Positions 12,931-36,270 are shown, counted from the stretch's first letter. The stretch: DNA of 53,815 nucleotides from Chiloscyllium plagiosum (GCF_004010195.1 NC_057748.1:4595026-4648840), one strand, 5' to 3'. The notes: generated by a model from the letters alone, not told the origin. Program-made: numbers and translations.

Positions 12931-15900
12931 AGAGAGGAGGTGGGTGTATTAACTGGAGCTGATCAGAGGTGTAGCTTCGAGTCAGGTCTGGATGATTGGA
13001 ACAGCAGGAGGTCACTCAATCCTGCTGGGGCACTCATTCAGGTCATGGTTAGTCCTTTTAGAAGAAACAGATTTGGATGAGGAAAGATTTTAAAGTTTTC
13101 TTTTAAAAATTAAGCTCGTTGTGACCAACTGCACGCGGGGCTCAATGAAGAAGGGGAGTTAGCTTCTCAGCCTGTTGTGTTGGAAAAGGGAGAGAAAGGT
13201 GGGAGATTGGTGGTAGGGCAAGGCAATTGTAACAGGAGCAGATGGGGCAGAGACCGAAAAATGTTCCCAACACAGGGGGTGGGGTCACAGTCACAGTCTA
13301 GTGATACAGAGTGTTTAGGACTGAGATGAGGAAAAAGGTCTTCACCCAGAGAGTGGGGAGCCTGTGGAATTCTCCGTCACAGAAAACATTGAGATCATAA
13401 TATTAAATGGCTTCAAGAAGAGTTAGATAAAACTCTTGGGACTAAAGAGATCAAAGTGTTAGGGGAGGGAATGGGAAGATGATACTGAGTTCGATGATCA
13501 GCCATAATCGTATGGAATGGTGGAGCAGGCCGAATGCCCTCCTCCTGTGCCATAACGATTCTGTGGATGATCTGCATCTGAACAGCGTTTCCCTGCTGCC
13601 GCCATCTCCTGACTGACCTTTCTGTGGATTGTCACCTCGCTGTGATGGAGAGCCTCGAGTGTCCCGTTGAGTCTGAGAGCGATACCTCAAGAGGTTTCCA
13701 CCTCCTGGCAGGACCACCCAGGACGGTAAGGTCAGAGGGAAGGATCTCGATGAAGTGTGATGCAAATAAAATCCTCACTGGCCATCCATCCAGGCAGAAG
13801 GTATTTGTGTGCTACCCCTGAGGGTTGGTAAAGACTGCAGCAGGATGGAGATCCCCAGTCGACATTTTCTTGGCACTTGAGCTGGATCTACCTTCTGTAA
13901 AGGACTGTGTCTGTGCTGATGTGCAACAGTATTCCTATGCTAAACAATGCTCTGTACAAGGTGTCTACCCGGAGGAACTCCAACCCCTCCATAAACACAC
14001 AGAATTTCCTGGGTGGACAGTCAGAATTTTACAGAAGTGGGCCATTCAGCCCATCATGTCTGTACTGGCCCCTGAAAGAGCTACCCAGCTAGTCCCAGTC
14101 TCCAGCCCTGTCTCCATAGCCCTCTAATGTCATTCCTTTTCAATATCTATCCAGCTCTCTGTTGAACCTCCTATGGAATCCACCTCTCCCACTCTCCCAG
14201 ACAGCGCATTCCAAATCCTAGGAAAGAAGTTTCTCCTCATCTCACTCCGAGCTCTCTTGCTGACTAATTGTGACCCCTAGTAACTGGCATACCAGCTGGT
14301 GAAAACAGAACCTCCTCCTTCACCCTGTCAAAATTGTTCATAACTTTGAACACTTTAGTAAAGTCACCTCTTAATATTTTCTGCTCCAAGAAGAATAAGC
14401 TCAAGTTCTTTAACTTTTCCTTGTAACTAAAATCCCTCTTTCTAGTACTATTCTCATAAATCTCTTTGTGCTGTCTCCAGGGCTTTACTATCCTTCCTTG
14501 AATTAAGGTGTCCAGATCTGAACACAATACTGGTAAATGACCAATGATTTGTAGAAGTGTGGCATCATTCTCCTTCTTTGATGCCTCTTTTTAAAAATAC
14601 AGGAATCTCATAAGCTTTAACAAAAGTTTCTTCTTCCCTGGCCACCTTCAGAGAATGATGTACTTGATCCATGAGGTCCCTGTGTTCCTGTACTTGTCTC
14701 AGAGTAAAATTTAGATTGTTTTATCTCTTCATGTTTCTTCCACTAAAATATATTTCTGCAGATTTCTCTGCTTTGAAATGAAATGATTGCTAACATCAAA
14801 CTTTACCCAATAAAAATCTAATAATCTGTTCTGAAATCTTCAGTTCATCTGTCTATATGCATGTGTGTGTGTGTGAGGATGTAAGCTCCTGTGTGTGTAT
14901 ACTTGCAGTATCCTATGAAGAAGCCATTTCTGACATTATCCTGGACAGTTTAGTTTTAATTTGAAGATTATAACCCTATTCCACACCCTCGATGGCCCAT
15001 TGGAAAAGAAACAGTTCCTGCGTATCAACCTGTCAAATCCATTAATCCTCTGAAAAATTTCAATTACTGCCATTCCTTAACCTTCTAACCAGAGGGACTT
15101 AGGCAAACTGTTGTCATAATTTAACCAGCTCTTTAAGTCGGAGTGTGTTCTAAAACATTCTGCACTGTACCATCTGCATCCAACATACCAGAACTGAGCA
15201 GTCTAGATGTGGTCTAACCAGAACATGACAATTTCAGAAAGAACTTTCATTCAGAGGTATTCAAACCCCTTTGTAATCAGGGCTTTTATTGAGTTCAAAC
15301 ATGGCAATTTGCCTTCTTGAATTCATTGCCCATTTGGTGAGCATACCCAAAATGGCATGAAGGACAGAATTCCACTCTAGCACTACTGAAGGAATGGTGA
15401 TATATTTCCAAATTAGGACTGAGTGGCTTGGAAGGGAACTTTCACTTAGGACAAGGGCAGAAAATAGGTAGGAATACTACCTCGTGAAAGTGACAGGGGG
15501 CGTGGTGAGTTGTTTAATGAGCCTTTGAATTTCTACAGTATGTTATCAGATAGTGCACTCTATAGTTGTTAGTCAGTAGTGGAGGGAACTGAGTGTTTGT
15601 GGATATTGTACCAGCTCAAAACAGCCCCCTTGACTGGAAGCTGTCAAAATTCTGGTGTTAGAGTATACCTGTTGTCCTGATCCAGTCTCTAACACCCTCC
15701 AATGATCAGATGAAACCCCTTAAATGAAATCATTCAAAAGACAGTAGCTTTACTGTCCTCAAGGAGCTTATAAATGTCTGTTCTCTAAAATCAGATTCAG
15801 CACAAGTCTACATTCAGGTGAGAATACTCACTCTAGGATGGTGATTTAACAAAACCATTACCTGGAGCATCAGGTCCAATACCAAGACTCAGCAGGATGA

Positions 15901-16932
15901 GCTACACCAGACAGCTTGGTAAAGTCTCTAAACCAATTTCACTGGCCCATTTTACATTAGAAGACTTGAAGAGAACATTTGACCCAAAACTGCAAATGTA
16001 AAGCACAGGTTGGAGTTTCTCAGTTATATATAGAAACTAATGTTCTGGTATTTAGTTTATGCTTTTCCTTGGAATGAGAGAAGTGTTTTACATGGGAAAT
16101 ATGTCATTTCCCCAAAGACAAAACTACCTGCCCCATCTCAGTTTATGCTGAGAAAGTGATGCTTATTTTATGGTTTAAACAAATAAAGCAGATTCTTTAT
16201 TCGCCAGCAATAATGTCTGCTACTTGAGAAACCAACGCCTGAGCTCGGTAAACTATAGCTTATCCAAGCAAGTCAACAGTGATGTGTTATGTATATGTGA
16301 TTATCTCCTACAAGAATGAAGGTAATGTTGTTTATCTACTAAAGTCAAAAGGAGTCTATCCATTAAAACAAATTGGAAAGAATTCAGGTCAGGCAGCAGC
16401 AGAGAGAAAACAGTTAATGTTTCAGCTCCTGGGTGAACCTTCAGAAGGGTTTCCTCTGCACAGATTTTCCAATAATCTGTTTTGACTTACAGTTTTGTCT
16501 TTTTAAAATCCAAGCATTGCTATGGACAATACAGTTGGTGTCTAACATTTAGACAGTGGACTGAGTTCAGTGTTTAGTGAACAGAGGCTGTTCCTACAAA
16601 ATTGTTCCATAAGCACGAGACTGGTGAATCAACATTACTTCCAATGCTAAAAAGCTTGGGCAGCTGTGGGATTTCCAGAGAGAATTGCTGTGTTAAAAAG
16701 CTTTAAAATACTCAGTGGATTCCAAATAAAGTAACTTACTGGGGCAGGTATTGAAGCAAGAACAAAAATCTCGATTAAATAAATCAAATGTTAAACAGCC
16801 AGAACCTTCAAGAACTTGCACAAAGTACTCCGTTCCATGGTGAACACTATTTTAATTTTGTGCAGAGCACAACCAAAGTCATCCACTAGAGTGAAGTCAC
16901 CATGACCAACAAATGGAGTTGTTGAATCCCAC

Positions 16933-19470
<2,538 letters not shown>

Positions 19471-19680
19471 CTTCACTATTACCTAGACAACTCTAGAACT
19501 AAGCCTCTCTCCCACAAGCTCTTATATTTATCCTCCTTGGCCATCCTGCACTCAACCAGGAAGTGGCATCACCAATGATGATTGACAATCCCTGATAGCC
19601 AATCAGAATCTCCATGAATCCAGGCACTAAAGAACAGAGAGCAGAGACTAAGACCGAGAGCCAATCAGAGATTTGGAATA
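19471..19680 (-). promoter_or_regulatory. Ferritin copy 3 promoter module
   Basis: GGATAAATATA TATA-like box, caccaatgatgattgacaatccctgatagccaatcag module, and a further agccaatcag at about 19659. Confidence 0.72.
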
Positions 19681-20289
19681 CAGATGATGATTCAGATGAT
19701 GATTCTGTGAAAAGGAGACCATGCAGCCTCTCAGGTCTGTCTCCCCCATTCAATTATATCAGCACGAGTCTGGCTCTTCATTTCATATCTTTGCCTTAGT
19801 TCCATATCGCATCATATTCTCAACTTATAAACTCAACAAAACAGTTTTGAAATGTTCTATTGACTTTCAGAATGTTGTGGGAGATAATGTAATTTGTGTG
19901 AAAAAATCATCAACATGATTAACATAGCTCTGATTTGAAATTATTCTCCCTTTTCTACGATTATTTTACCACAGGAAATATTTTTTCTCTAACAGTACAA
20001 TTAGATCTATCCAAAGCGCCTGAATAATATTCATCCTTGAGTCTTCCACGCTCTTGCAAGGACAAGACTAGTCGATGGAAACTACACTCATAATGTAACC
20101 CCCAGCTTGGAGCTGAGATAATGCTGGTGAATCTCCGCTAACCTCCTTCAGAAACCCTATCAGAACTAAACACTGTGTTCCAAATGTGGTCTAATGAGAA
20201 TTCTACACGTTGGAATATAACATGTCTGTGACAAAACCGAACATGCTCTGGTCTTTTTAATTAGGCTTTAATATCCAAGCACTGTCACA

Positions 20290-21545
20290 GGGTTATGACA
20301 GTACCGAGGGTGGCCGTTCAGCCCATTGTATCAGTACCAGTTCACTGAGCATTTCACCAATTGTCATTCTCCTGCACTGTCCCTGTAACCTCCATGTTCT
20401 TCTCTTTCAGATCTCAGTCTAATTCCCTTTTGAATGCTTTGATTGAACCTGCCTCCAACACACTCTCAGGCCATACATTTCAGACCCTCACTAATCGATG
20501 TGTTAAGGTTTTTTTTCTCACATCACTTCAGCTTCTTTTGCCAATTACTTTAAACCCGCACTGTCTTATTCCTGACCCTTTCCCAAACAGGAACATTGTC
20601 CTCTATTTGTTCTGTCTGGATCCCCTGTGAAATTGAAAAGCTCTTAGCCCTTTGTTCTCCAGGGAGAACAACGCCAGCTTCTCCTGTCTATCCTCACAAC
20701 TGAAATTCCTCAAACCCGGAAGCATTCCAGTAAACCCCTTCCACTCTCTCTCCAAAACAATCACCTCTTTCCTCAAGTATGATGTCCAGAACTAGACACA
20801 ATACTCCTTTTGAGGTCAAACTTAAGCAAGTTCAGCACAACCTCCTTGCTCTGGTGCTCTATGCCCCTATTAATAAAACTCAAGCACAGTGTGCTTCATT
20901 TACCACTCAACCGGTCTTTGCACCATTAACGACTATGCACATATGCACCATCCAAGTTCACCCACTCCTGTGCCCACTTTAGAGCTGCACCTTTTATTTT
21001 ATATTGGCTCTTCATGTGCTTCCTGCCATTTTTTTCTGCATTGAACATCATCTGCTATTCCCTTGCTCGTTCCACCAAGTTGTCTACGTCCTTTTGAAAG
21101 TTCACACTATGCTGCTTCCACAAAGTGTCTTATCACATACAAATTCTGAAATTGTGCCCTTTATATCAAGGTCTAACTCATTAATTTGGACTGGAAAAAA
21201 CATGGCTCCCACCTGGAAGCTGTGGAGCTCCATTACAAACCTTCCCCCCAAGTCCAAAGAACATCCATTAGCCATTACATTCTGTTTCCAGTCACTCAGC
21301 CAACTCCATATCCACGTCACTGTGCTGCCTTTTATTCCAGGAGCTTTAACATTGTTCACAAGAGTATCATGTGGCATGGTATCAAATGTCTTTTGGAGGT
21401 CCACGTAGCCCACACTGACAGCAACCCTCTTGGTTAGCTCTTCAAAAAACTCCTGCAAATTAGTGAAATGTGGTGTTCCTTTATGAGATCCATGCCAGAT
21501 CTCCTCAAATGATCTGCATTTGTCCATGTGACTATTATGCAATTT
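20290..21545 (-). mobile_element. CR1/L2 LINE reverse-transcriptase fragment
   Basis: ORF 21102..21575 contains YVDLQKTFDTMPH, WIWSWLSDWKQNV and INELDLDIKGTISEFVCD, which are degenerate CR1 RT motifs. Confidence 0.85.
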
Positions 21546-22722
21546 TCTACTCCCATCTACAGTGCTTACTGTCACTCACCCCACAGCATCACTCTCAAAA
21601 GGGGATAGGGACTCTACTCCTTCATCGATCCCATTTAGTAATGGAATGAGAAACCTGATGCTGTAGGACAGTCCAGCTAGAAGTTATAGCCCGGTCTCAG
21701 AATTCATAACTCACTGCCCCATTACTCCCCAAACTCAAAACTATTTCTCAAACAGATTTAAATGCTCTTCCCCCCTCTCCAAATAAAACTTGTGGATTAT
21801 GCTGATGTTGGGTTTCTAGTCGAGCAAAGCCAATGCTTTGCTTTCAGACCTTCACAATATTGGAGCTGAACAAGTTTGTAACTAGGACCTTGCCTTCGGA
21901 GCGTAATCCATTCCACATTCCCATGGTGTAGTCCCTGGCTGAGAGCACAGCTTTAAAACTAAATTGGAAAAGTCACCTGCATGGGAGCCAGATGGAAGTA
22001 GGAAACAGAACAAGAGGGTGAAACGCTTTGAGCCTAACTTCACTTCTTTTGTTGTTCGCATGCTAAGTCTTATTCCCAAGAAATCCTCAGATTACAGATA
22101 GGACCTAGTTTGAGTTCCCTCTGCAAACTGAGTCTGAAAGCAAGACCTTTAGTCTGATGCCGTAAGTGTTTTCACTGCTATTTCACAGATGTTGCCCGAG
22201 AAGGTGTAATGGTGGATGGAAGGAGATCTGAACAATTGATGGCTTGTCATTGTCAACTAAAAGACAAGAGCACACGTCAGTATTTGGTTGTAAGGTCGGA
22301 AAAGGAAAACAAAATGTAGCTAAGTGTCTAAATTCTTCTGGAAAAGAAAGTGGATAACATGCCACAGAATACAAAAGGTAAAGAACTAGAGGACTAACAT
22401 AACATGAAGTTTTTATTAATATAACCAAAACTTCACTGAGAAATCCCTTTGCAGGAACAAATGATGCAACTTTTCCCATGGAATTGAATCAATGCACACA
22501 GAAACCATTTCAACAACTAGCCTGAGCAGGTGTTGAAGTGAGTAGAATTTATACTGTTGATATTTTCCAGTTATGTTTCCCTGGTTGGCCAGTACTCAAA
22601 TCATACAAAAAAGAGATTAAAGCCAGTTCCACACATTTTATTTCCATGTAGTATGACAGTATAAATCAAAGCATTCACCAGAATTGGGTCATTATATGGA
22701 ACAGTTTGTTCAATAACCCTAG

Positions 22723-25700
<2,978 letters not shown>

Positions 25701-26184
25701 ACAGAGAAGGAGCTTAGGGAATGCCAATAACCCAGAGCCTTAGAATTAATCTTGAGGAGGTCATTGTTATTAGACTAATAGATTCTGACCTAACCCTCAA
25801 CTTACTGCTGGTTTATGGCTGGATAAGGATGAAGTGATTTAAAAATTAAATCATCTGACCTAAACTGGCCACATGAACAGAAATGTTTTTGGGTGTTGAC
25901 ACTGTCCTAGTCAATGAGGATTTGAGATACAGGGAATGTCCAGTGGCCACAAGAAGCTTTGTTCAAACTGCTGGACATCACATGGCCACCCAGGTAGACA
26001 GTACAGAATGATTATAGGCTGTATCCAACGACAGCAAGTAATAGGCAAGGCAGATGGACTGTTGGCAAGTATCCCACAGGGAATGGAGTATAAAAACAGG
26101 AGGCCTTGCTATAACTATTACAATAAGGCTGCTTCTCATTGTCTGCTTGAACTACTTGCAAGTAGTATGTTCACCCAACCTAAG

Positions 26185-26528
26185 AAACAGTGGGACAACA
26201 CTACTATTATAGGACAAGCCAAACAGAGAACAGCCAGGGAATTCCTAGAGGCATGGCACTCATCCACAGATTCAATCAATAAGCACATCGACCTGGACTC
26301 AATATACCGACCACTGCAACGGACAGCTGGAACTGACAACCGGAAGGGGCAGATTCAAACCACTACAAATGCCGGAGGAAACATCACAGAAGCCCTTCAC
26401 AGGAGGCTCCCAAGCACTGAGGATGTCACCTAGACAGGGGACGAAACGTCTGCAACACAAATTCCCAGCTCGGCGAACAGAACCACAACAACGAGCACCC
26501 GAGCTACAAATCTTCTCACAAACTTTGA
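26185..26528 (+). mobile_element. Penelope-like element 3' fragment (GIY-YIG endonuclease C-terminus plus terminal repeat)
   Basis: WDNTTIIGQAKQRTAREFLEAWHSSTDSINKHIDLDSIYRPL matches the typical PLE endonuclease end. It is followed by a hammerhead motif. Confidence 0.8.
26414..26453 (+). ncRNA. Type I minimal hammerhead ribozyme motif
   Basis: GCA, CTGAGGA (26417-26423), t, stem II gtcAcct-agac-aggGgac, GAAA (26443-26446), CGTC, TGC. Stem I is GCA/TGC and predicted cleavage is after GUC at 26450. Confidence 0.7.
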
Positions 26529-26658
26529 TATTGAGCAGTTTATTTACAGTTATTATATTTCATAGTATAGATCAGGTATGGTCTGTTTTTACATGCAGAA
26601 CATAGAGTCAGTACAGGTCTCCCAGTAATATAAACATGATAAAGCTTGCTCCATCCAG

Positions 26659-27380
<722 letters not shown>

Positions 27381-28366
27381 CTGCAAGTGGAGATAAAGTG
27401 GGAAGCAAATCTCAATCAGGACCTAACCCACTCACCATCTTGATTTCACTTCCAAGAAATGGAAATTGACAGAGGGATGATAGCAGAAAGTTGTGGATTA
27501 TGGCCCAAATAGCAGGCTGTTTTTAAAAGCAACTTACTGCAGATGCTGGAATCTGCAAACAAAAAGAGAAAATGCTGGAAAATTTGACAAAGGGTCAGTT
27601 AAACTCAAAACTTCAGCTCTTTTCTCTCCTTACAGATGCTGCCAGACCTGCTGAGATTTTCCAGCAGCTGTTTTTGCTCTCCCAGAAATTAAGATCAAAA
27701 ACTAACTGCAATCCCTGGCCTGTATCTTAGGGAGACAGTGTGCTAGTGTGACATGGAGTAGTGAAGGTCCCAGTTGGGACAGCCATTAGACATCCCTGCA
27801 CTGCAGGTTAGAAACACTTGTTCAGTGCCGGAAGCTAGTCAGGTCATTGCCCAACTAAAATAGAGGACATAAACGTGTTGACTAACAGGAGGCAGAAATC
27901 TCAGTCAGCTGCTTCATTACCAACCTCACCCACCTGAATAGCCACACTGTCCTACCATACTCTGCACACAACTAACTGGGCTGTTAAGATAATTCACACT
28001 TCAAGTGTGAAAATACAACACATTTAGTCACCTTTCCTCACATTCAGTAGCTAATAAACTCACTCCTCAGGAAGGATCACTGAGCCCAGAATGTGAAATG
28101 ATTTCTCTGCATAGACACTGCCAGACCAGTGGAAGTTTAACAGCTTCTCATTTCCAGCATTTAGGTTTTTTTTCCCAAAATTTTTTTTTTTTTTAAATAT
28201 TCACTTGTTCTGATCAGAGGACAACCTGGTTGATTGGGAAACTTATGCAAAAAAAAAGGGACATCTGGATTGGGGAATGTTTCATCATGCAACAGATTTA
28301 AAAACCTCAAGACTACCAGTAATAAAACAAAAAGGAGCTGAATTCAGCTCACTCCCTGCAGTCAGT

Positions 28367-28824
<458 letters not shown>

Positions 28825-29369
28825 ATTACATCCATGTTATTTCCTTTTGCACATTGAGTGAATTCAATGCCCCTATCTACAGGATTTAGTGGGGCAAAGT
28901 TCCACAGATATGCCAATCTGGCCACTTTCTTAACTTCGTTCATTTTGGAATGTTGTTGAGAAATTTAGAACCTGTTTCAAATAGTGAAAGCTATAATCAG
29001 AGTTTAGAATTGAACCGTGGAACTTCCAATACTGGTCCTCACTGACTGTGTGCAAGGTTAGACATCCTGATGCAGTAATTGTGGAATGGAGAGAGGACCT
29101 AGGTCTATCAGCTGTTGCAGGGACTATGACACATTATGTGGATTCTTCAAGCTCTCAGACTGGCACTTTCCTGTAGTTATTGAATTAAATCATGTGTAAG
29201 GCTATAAAATGGCACCAGAAATGTCCAACCTTTTAGGTTGGATCCTGATATGACAAGTCAGTATCCTCAACCCTTCAGGCACAGTTTAATGAGTGTGTGT
29301 AGATAAGCCTTTATCTTTGCATTCAAAAAGAAAAGCCAGTCAGAGTTTAATACTATCTCTAATCAAACC

Positions 29370-30022
29370 ATGGTTCTCCAAATCCTGTCTCTCAGAATCC
29401 TCTCCAATAATTTGCCCACCACAGACGTAAGACTGACTGGTCTGTAATTCCCAGGATTATCCCTATTCCCTTTCTTGAACAAGGGAATAACATTTGCCAC
29501 CCTCCATCATCTGGTACAACTCCACTGGACAGTGGGGACCCAAAGCTCATCACCAAGGGTGCATTAATCTTTTTCCTTGCTTCCTCTAGCAACCTTGGGT
29601 ATATCCTGTTTTGTGCAGGGAGCTTATCTATCCTTATGTTTTTCAAACTTTTCAGCACATCCGCCTTCGCAACATCAACCTGTTCTCGCATATCAGTCTG
29701 TTTCACGATGTCCTCCGCAACATCAAATTCCCACTCAGTTTTAAATACTGAAACAATGTATTCATTAAGGACATCCCCTACTTCCACTGACTCCAAGTGC
29801 AAGTTCCCTCTGCTATCTGATCAGCCTTACCCTCACACTGGCTATCCTCTTGTTCCTCAAGTGTCGAATGCCTTAGGGCTTTTCCTTAATCCTACCCACG
29901 AAAGCTTTCTCTTTGCCCCTCCTAGCTCTTCCTTCAGCTCTTTCCTGGCATCCTTGTAGCCCACTAAAACCCTGTCTGATCCTTGCCTCCTCAAACATAA
30001 GCTTCCTTCTTCCTCTTGATAA
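29370..30022 (-). mobile_element. CR1 LINE ORF2 fragment
   Basis: VLNEYIVSVFK...LKNIRIDK...IYPRLLEEAR...GVVPDD, the CR1 pre-RT region, frameshifted. Confidence 0.85.
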
Positions 30023-30025
30023 GAT

Positions 30026-30307
30026 GGGGTGGCCCAATGGCTCAGTGGTCAGCACTGCTGCCGCACAGCACCAGGGCTTGATTCCTGCGTGGAGTTTGCA
30101 TATTCCCTCAGTGTCTGCGTTGGTTTCCTCCCACAGTCCAAAGATGTGCAGGTAGGTGAATTGGTTATGCTAAATTACCCATGGAGTTATATGCATTAGT
30201 CAGGAGTAAATTGGGGGAATAGGTCTGGGTTACTCTTTAGAAGGTTGGTGTGAACTAGTTGGGCTGAAGGGCCTGTTTCCACACTGTAGGGAACTTAGTC
30301 TAATCTA
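30026..30307 (+). mobile_element. tRNA-derived V-SINE (shark HE1-like)
   Basis: tRNA-like head tggctcagtggtcagcactgctg, V-domain ggagtttgcatattc...ggtttcctcccacagtccaaagatgtgcagg, and a CR1-like tail. Confidence 0.8.
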
Positions 30308-30319
30308 TTGTCACCAGAG

Positions 30320-31010
30320 TTTCATTCAATCTACTAAGTGTGAAGTGATTCACTTTGGAAGGTCAAAATTGAATGCAGAATATAGGGTTAAATGCAGGAT
30401 TCTTGGCAATGTGGAGGGATCAATCAGGTTCATGTCCAAAGATCCCTCAAATTTGCAACCCAAGTCAATAGGGTTATTAAGGCAGCATATGGTATGTTGG
30501 CTTTCATGAACAGAGGATTACAGAGGATTGAGTTTAAGAACTGTGAGGTTGTGCTGCAACTCTATAGAGCACTGGTTAGACCACACTTGGAATATTGCGT
30601 TCAGTTCTGATCTCCTCATTATCAGAAGGCTGTAGAAGCTTTAGAGAGGGTGCAGAGGAGATTTACCAAGATACTGCCTGGACTGGAGGCAGTGAGGGAA
30701 GCTAGGGCTTTTCTCAGAGAAAAAGGATGAGAAGTGACTTTATAGAGATGTACAAGATTTAGAGGCACAGACCCCCCCCAGGTGGAAATGGCTATTGCAG
30801 GCTGGATAACATTAAAGGTGTTTGGAAGAAGGATTGGGGTGTTCTTTGTAGGGTGGTAGGTGTATGGAATGCACTGCTATCAGTGATAATATCTCTGATG
30901 CTACTAGGAACATTTAATGGAGTCTTGGATAGGCACATAGAAGTTAGTAGAATGAAAGGCCAGCACAACATTGAGGGCCAAATGGCCTGTATGGTTCTAT
31001 GTTCTAATAT
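30320..31010 (+). mobile_element. CR1/L2 LINE 3' fragment
   Basis: EVVLQLYRALVRPHLEYCVQF and VVGVWNAL motifs. Confidence 0.85.
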
Positions 31011-31534
31011 TGTGATGTCAGAGCAGAACATTCGTGTGAAGGCTTGCTCTCATTTAGTGATGCAGGGAGTTGAGAAGCTAGTTTTGAATTTGAAGAACCA
31101 CACCAGCTGATATTTGATCGGTGAGAGCTGGACATGTAGGAAAGCTATTAGAGAACAATGCCACTGGTACGTCCACCTAGGACTACATTTAATCTTTCCC
31201 TTGAAGGAAAAGCTTTTGGTAGCTAAGTGTTCAGGTTGTCCAAATGCCTGTACTGCATTATACTGGAGAAAATTTACTTCATAAGCCTAGGTCAGTGTAC
31301 ATAGCATGTGATGTGGGCAGAAGAGTTTGCTGCCAGGGGAAGTAATGGGACCAGATTTAACTAGTGATCTAGATCACTAATGACAGGCATTTCACAACAC
31401 AGACTAACTCAATCCAAGTGGTTTATTTACAGTTGGTAAATTTCATGATCAATCCAGAACAATTAACTGCTTCCACAACAGTGCTTCACTCTAGATCACA
31501 TACAAAAAACCAAAATTTTCTCCCTGCAGTCAGT

Positions 31535-34172
<2,638 letters not shown>

Positions 34173-34400
34173 CTTCACTATTCCTACTCACTATCACCTA
34201 GACAACTCTAGAACTGAGCCACTCTCCCACAAGCTCTTGTATTTATCCTCCTGGGTCACCCTTCACCCAACCAGAGAATGACATCACCAATTATGATTGA
34301 CATTCCCTGATAGCCAATTGAGAATCACCTTTCAATCCAGGCACCAATGACAAGGGAGATGGGGCTATGGGACCGGTGAAGAGACCCAGGGCCAATCAGA
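34173..34400 (-). promoter_or_regulatory. Ferritin copy 7 promoter module
   Basis: GGATAAATAC box and four CCAAT motifs, including ggccaatcag at about 34390. Confidence 0.7.
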
Positions 34401-34882
34401 GATTGGAATACAGAGAGGTTTGGGAAATTAGTCTTGATGATGCAATTGCTTTTGGAGTGATAAATCCTCAACACACTGCAAACTAAGTAGCTGTTTGGAG
34501 TTGGATATATGTGTAGTGGTACTATCTATGCCTATAAGATTAGAAAATGTTGTGTTTGAGTCTTAATGTTCCTAGAACTGGCTGCTCAGTAATATCTATA
34601 ATGGGACAAGAATTGATTGATTTAAAAATGGTAACTTTAGTGAAGCACTTTTTCAGCACCTGACACAATCTGGTTCTTTTTGCCTCTGCTGTTTCTCTAA
34701 TATTCCAAGTGTTCACAACTAGTTTCATTGTAGAAGATTGAAAAGGGACCTAAAGGGCAGTTTTTTCACACAGAGGTGCTGCGAGCATGGAATGAGCTGC
34801 CAGAGGAAGTGATAGAGGTGGATATAATTACAGCATTTAAAAGACATTTGGAGAGGTACATGAATATGAAACGTTTACAAGG

Positions 34883-35372
34883 TGTGACAATACTATGGCT
34901 TTAAAAGATGTATTTTGGCCTTTTTTTTTAAGTGAAGAAAGGTTGAGACAGAGGTGCCAAGCAGTCTACCAGAACCATTAAAATAAGCAGCTTTTTTTTT
35001 GATGTTGGAACAATAGAAACAGCCTGAACGAGTTGGGTCAAGCACTCACAGAATCAGAATTTTTAGATTTAATTTTCAGCGGTTGCTGTGGTCTTGAAGC
35101 TGAAGGTGGAAATCCGTTTCTTCTCTCTCTGTTACAGTTAAAAGCTACGGTTCTCTTTCTGCTGCTAAAATTGTGTATGAGGCAATCTATTTTACTGAAC
35201 TTGCCTTTGCTTATTTTGTTTATATTTTAATTGTTGTGTAAAAATCAAGTGTGTTTTACTTAAATGCGGTCATTTGAATTGTATCTAAAATGCAATGCCT
35301 TACACTTACACTTAAAATTAACAAAAAATAGGGTCCAGATTACCTCATTAATATATAATATGGTCCATGACA
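34883..35372. mobile_element. Probable solo LTR inserted into a CR1 3' end
   Basis: TGTGAC...ATGACA termini with flanks aagg / aggg. A CR1 tail (about 34740-34882) resumes at 35373-35480. Confidence 0.6.
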
Positions 35373-35959
35373 AGGGTTATGGGCCAAATGCAGGAAAATG
35401 GGACTAGTTCAGTTTGAGATACCTTGTTGGCATGGATGAGTTGGATCGAAGCATCTGTTTCCGTGCTGTATGACTTTATGTGGTTCAGTCCTGGATTAGG
35501 TGATGAGATGTGTTCCCCTGGATTAAACTCTGGGTTAGTTGGGCCAGATTGGGGGTGGGGGTAAGCCTGTGATTGGCAGCAGGAACCACCATCTAGGCAC
35601 ACCCTCCTGGGACACCAATGGGCACGGCTGACCCGCACAAACAGAACATGTATCAGAGATTGACACATGTCCTTGTCAAAATGGATCTGAGATACAGGGA
35701 ATATCGCAATGGACTTTATCCAAACTGATGGACATCACGCGGTCGCTGAATGCACACCAGAGACTTTGATGAACGACTGTGGTGACTGGCTCTGTGGGAA
35801 TAGATGCTGTTCCTGGTTTACTCCATGGCTGTCCATCTAACATAAACCATAGAGAGTCCCCTGTTCTTCTTGAGTCAGATATCTGAAGTTTATTTACAAC
35901 ACTAAACATTAATAACGATACACTGCTATAATATCATGATACAACATTGAAGGCGAGGT

Positions 35960-36270
35960 TGAGATAATCTTTCTGCCATGTGTCTCTGCAGATAACTCCT
36001 GATTGGTGGCAAATATTAGAACATATGGGCAGAAAAAGTTAAAGAAACTGAGAAACCTTTGTAAGTCATTTCTATCTTGTGATGTAGGCATCTTTTGTAC
36101 ATCTTTTATTTTGGCAGGATGAGGTCTAATACCAGCTCAGTAGATTCAACCAACTAAATTGATTTGGCTGAAATTAATTTGACAGTTTGTACTGTTCAAA
36201 ACAAGGCCATAATTCCTTGCTACTGTCGTGAGTTGATGAAGGTTTGTGTTTTGCTAAAGTCTAGTTCTTC
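35960..36270 (-). mobile_element. Gypsy/Ty3 LTR-retrotransposon RT fragment
   Basis: GIRPHPAKIKDVQKMPTSQDRNDLQRFLSFFNFF matches the Gypsy RT thumb motif. More decayed retroelement sequence probably extends to about 37200. Confidence 0.7.

Noticed and set aside
30026-30090. tRNA-like sequences at SINE heads (also 48405, 48609, 51897)
   Set aside because: They are degenerate, lack a full cloverleaf and continue into V-SINE bodies, so they are not tRNA genes.
31468-31490. IRE-like string cttccacaacagtgcttc near the copy 7 3'UTR
   Set aside because: It is on the non-coding strand and the 5-bp upper stem does not pair.
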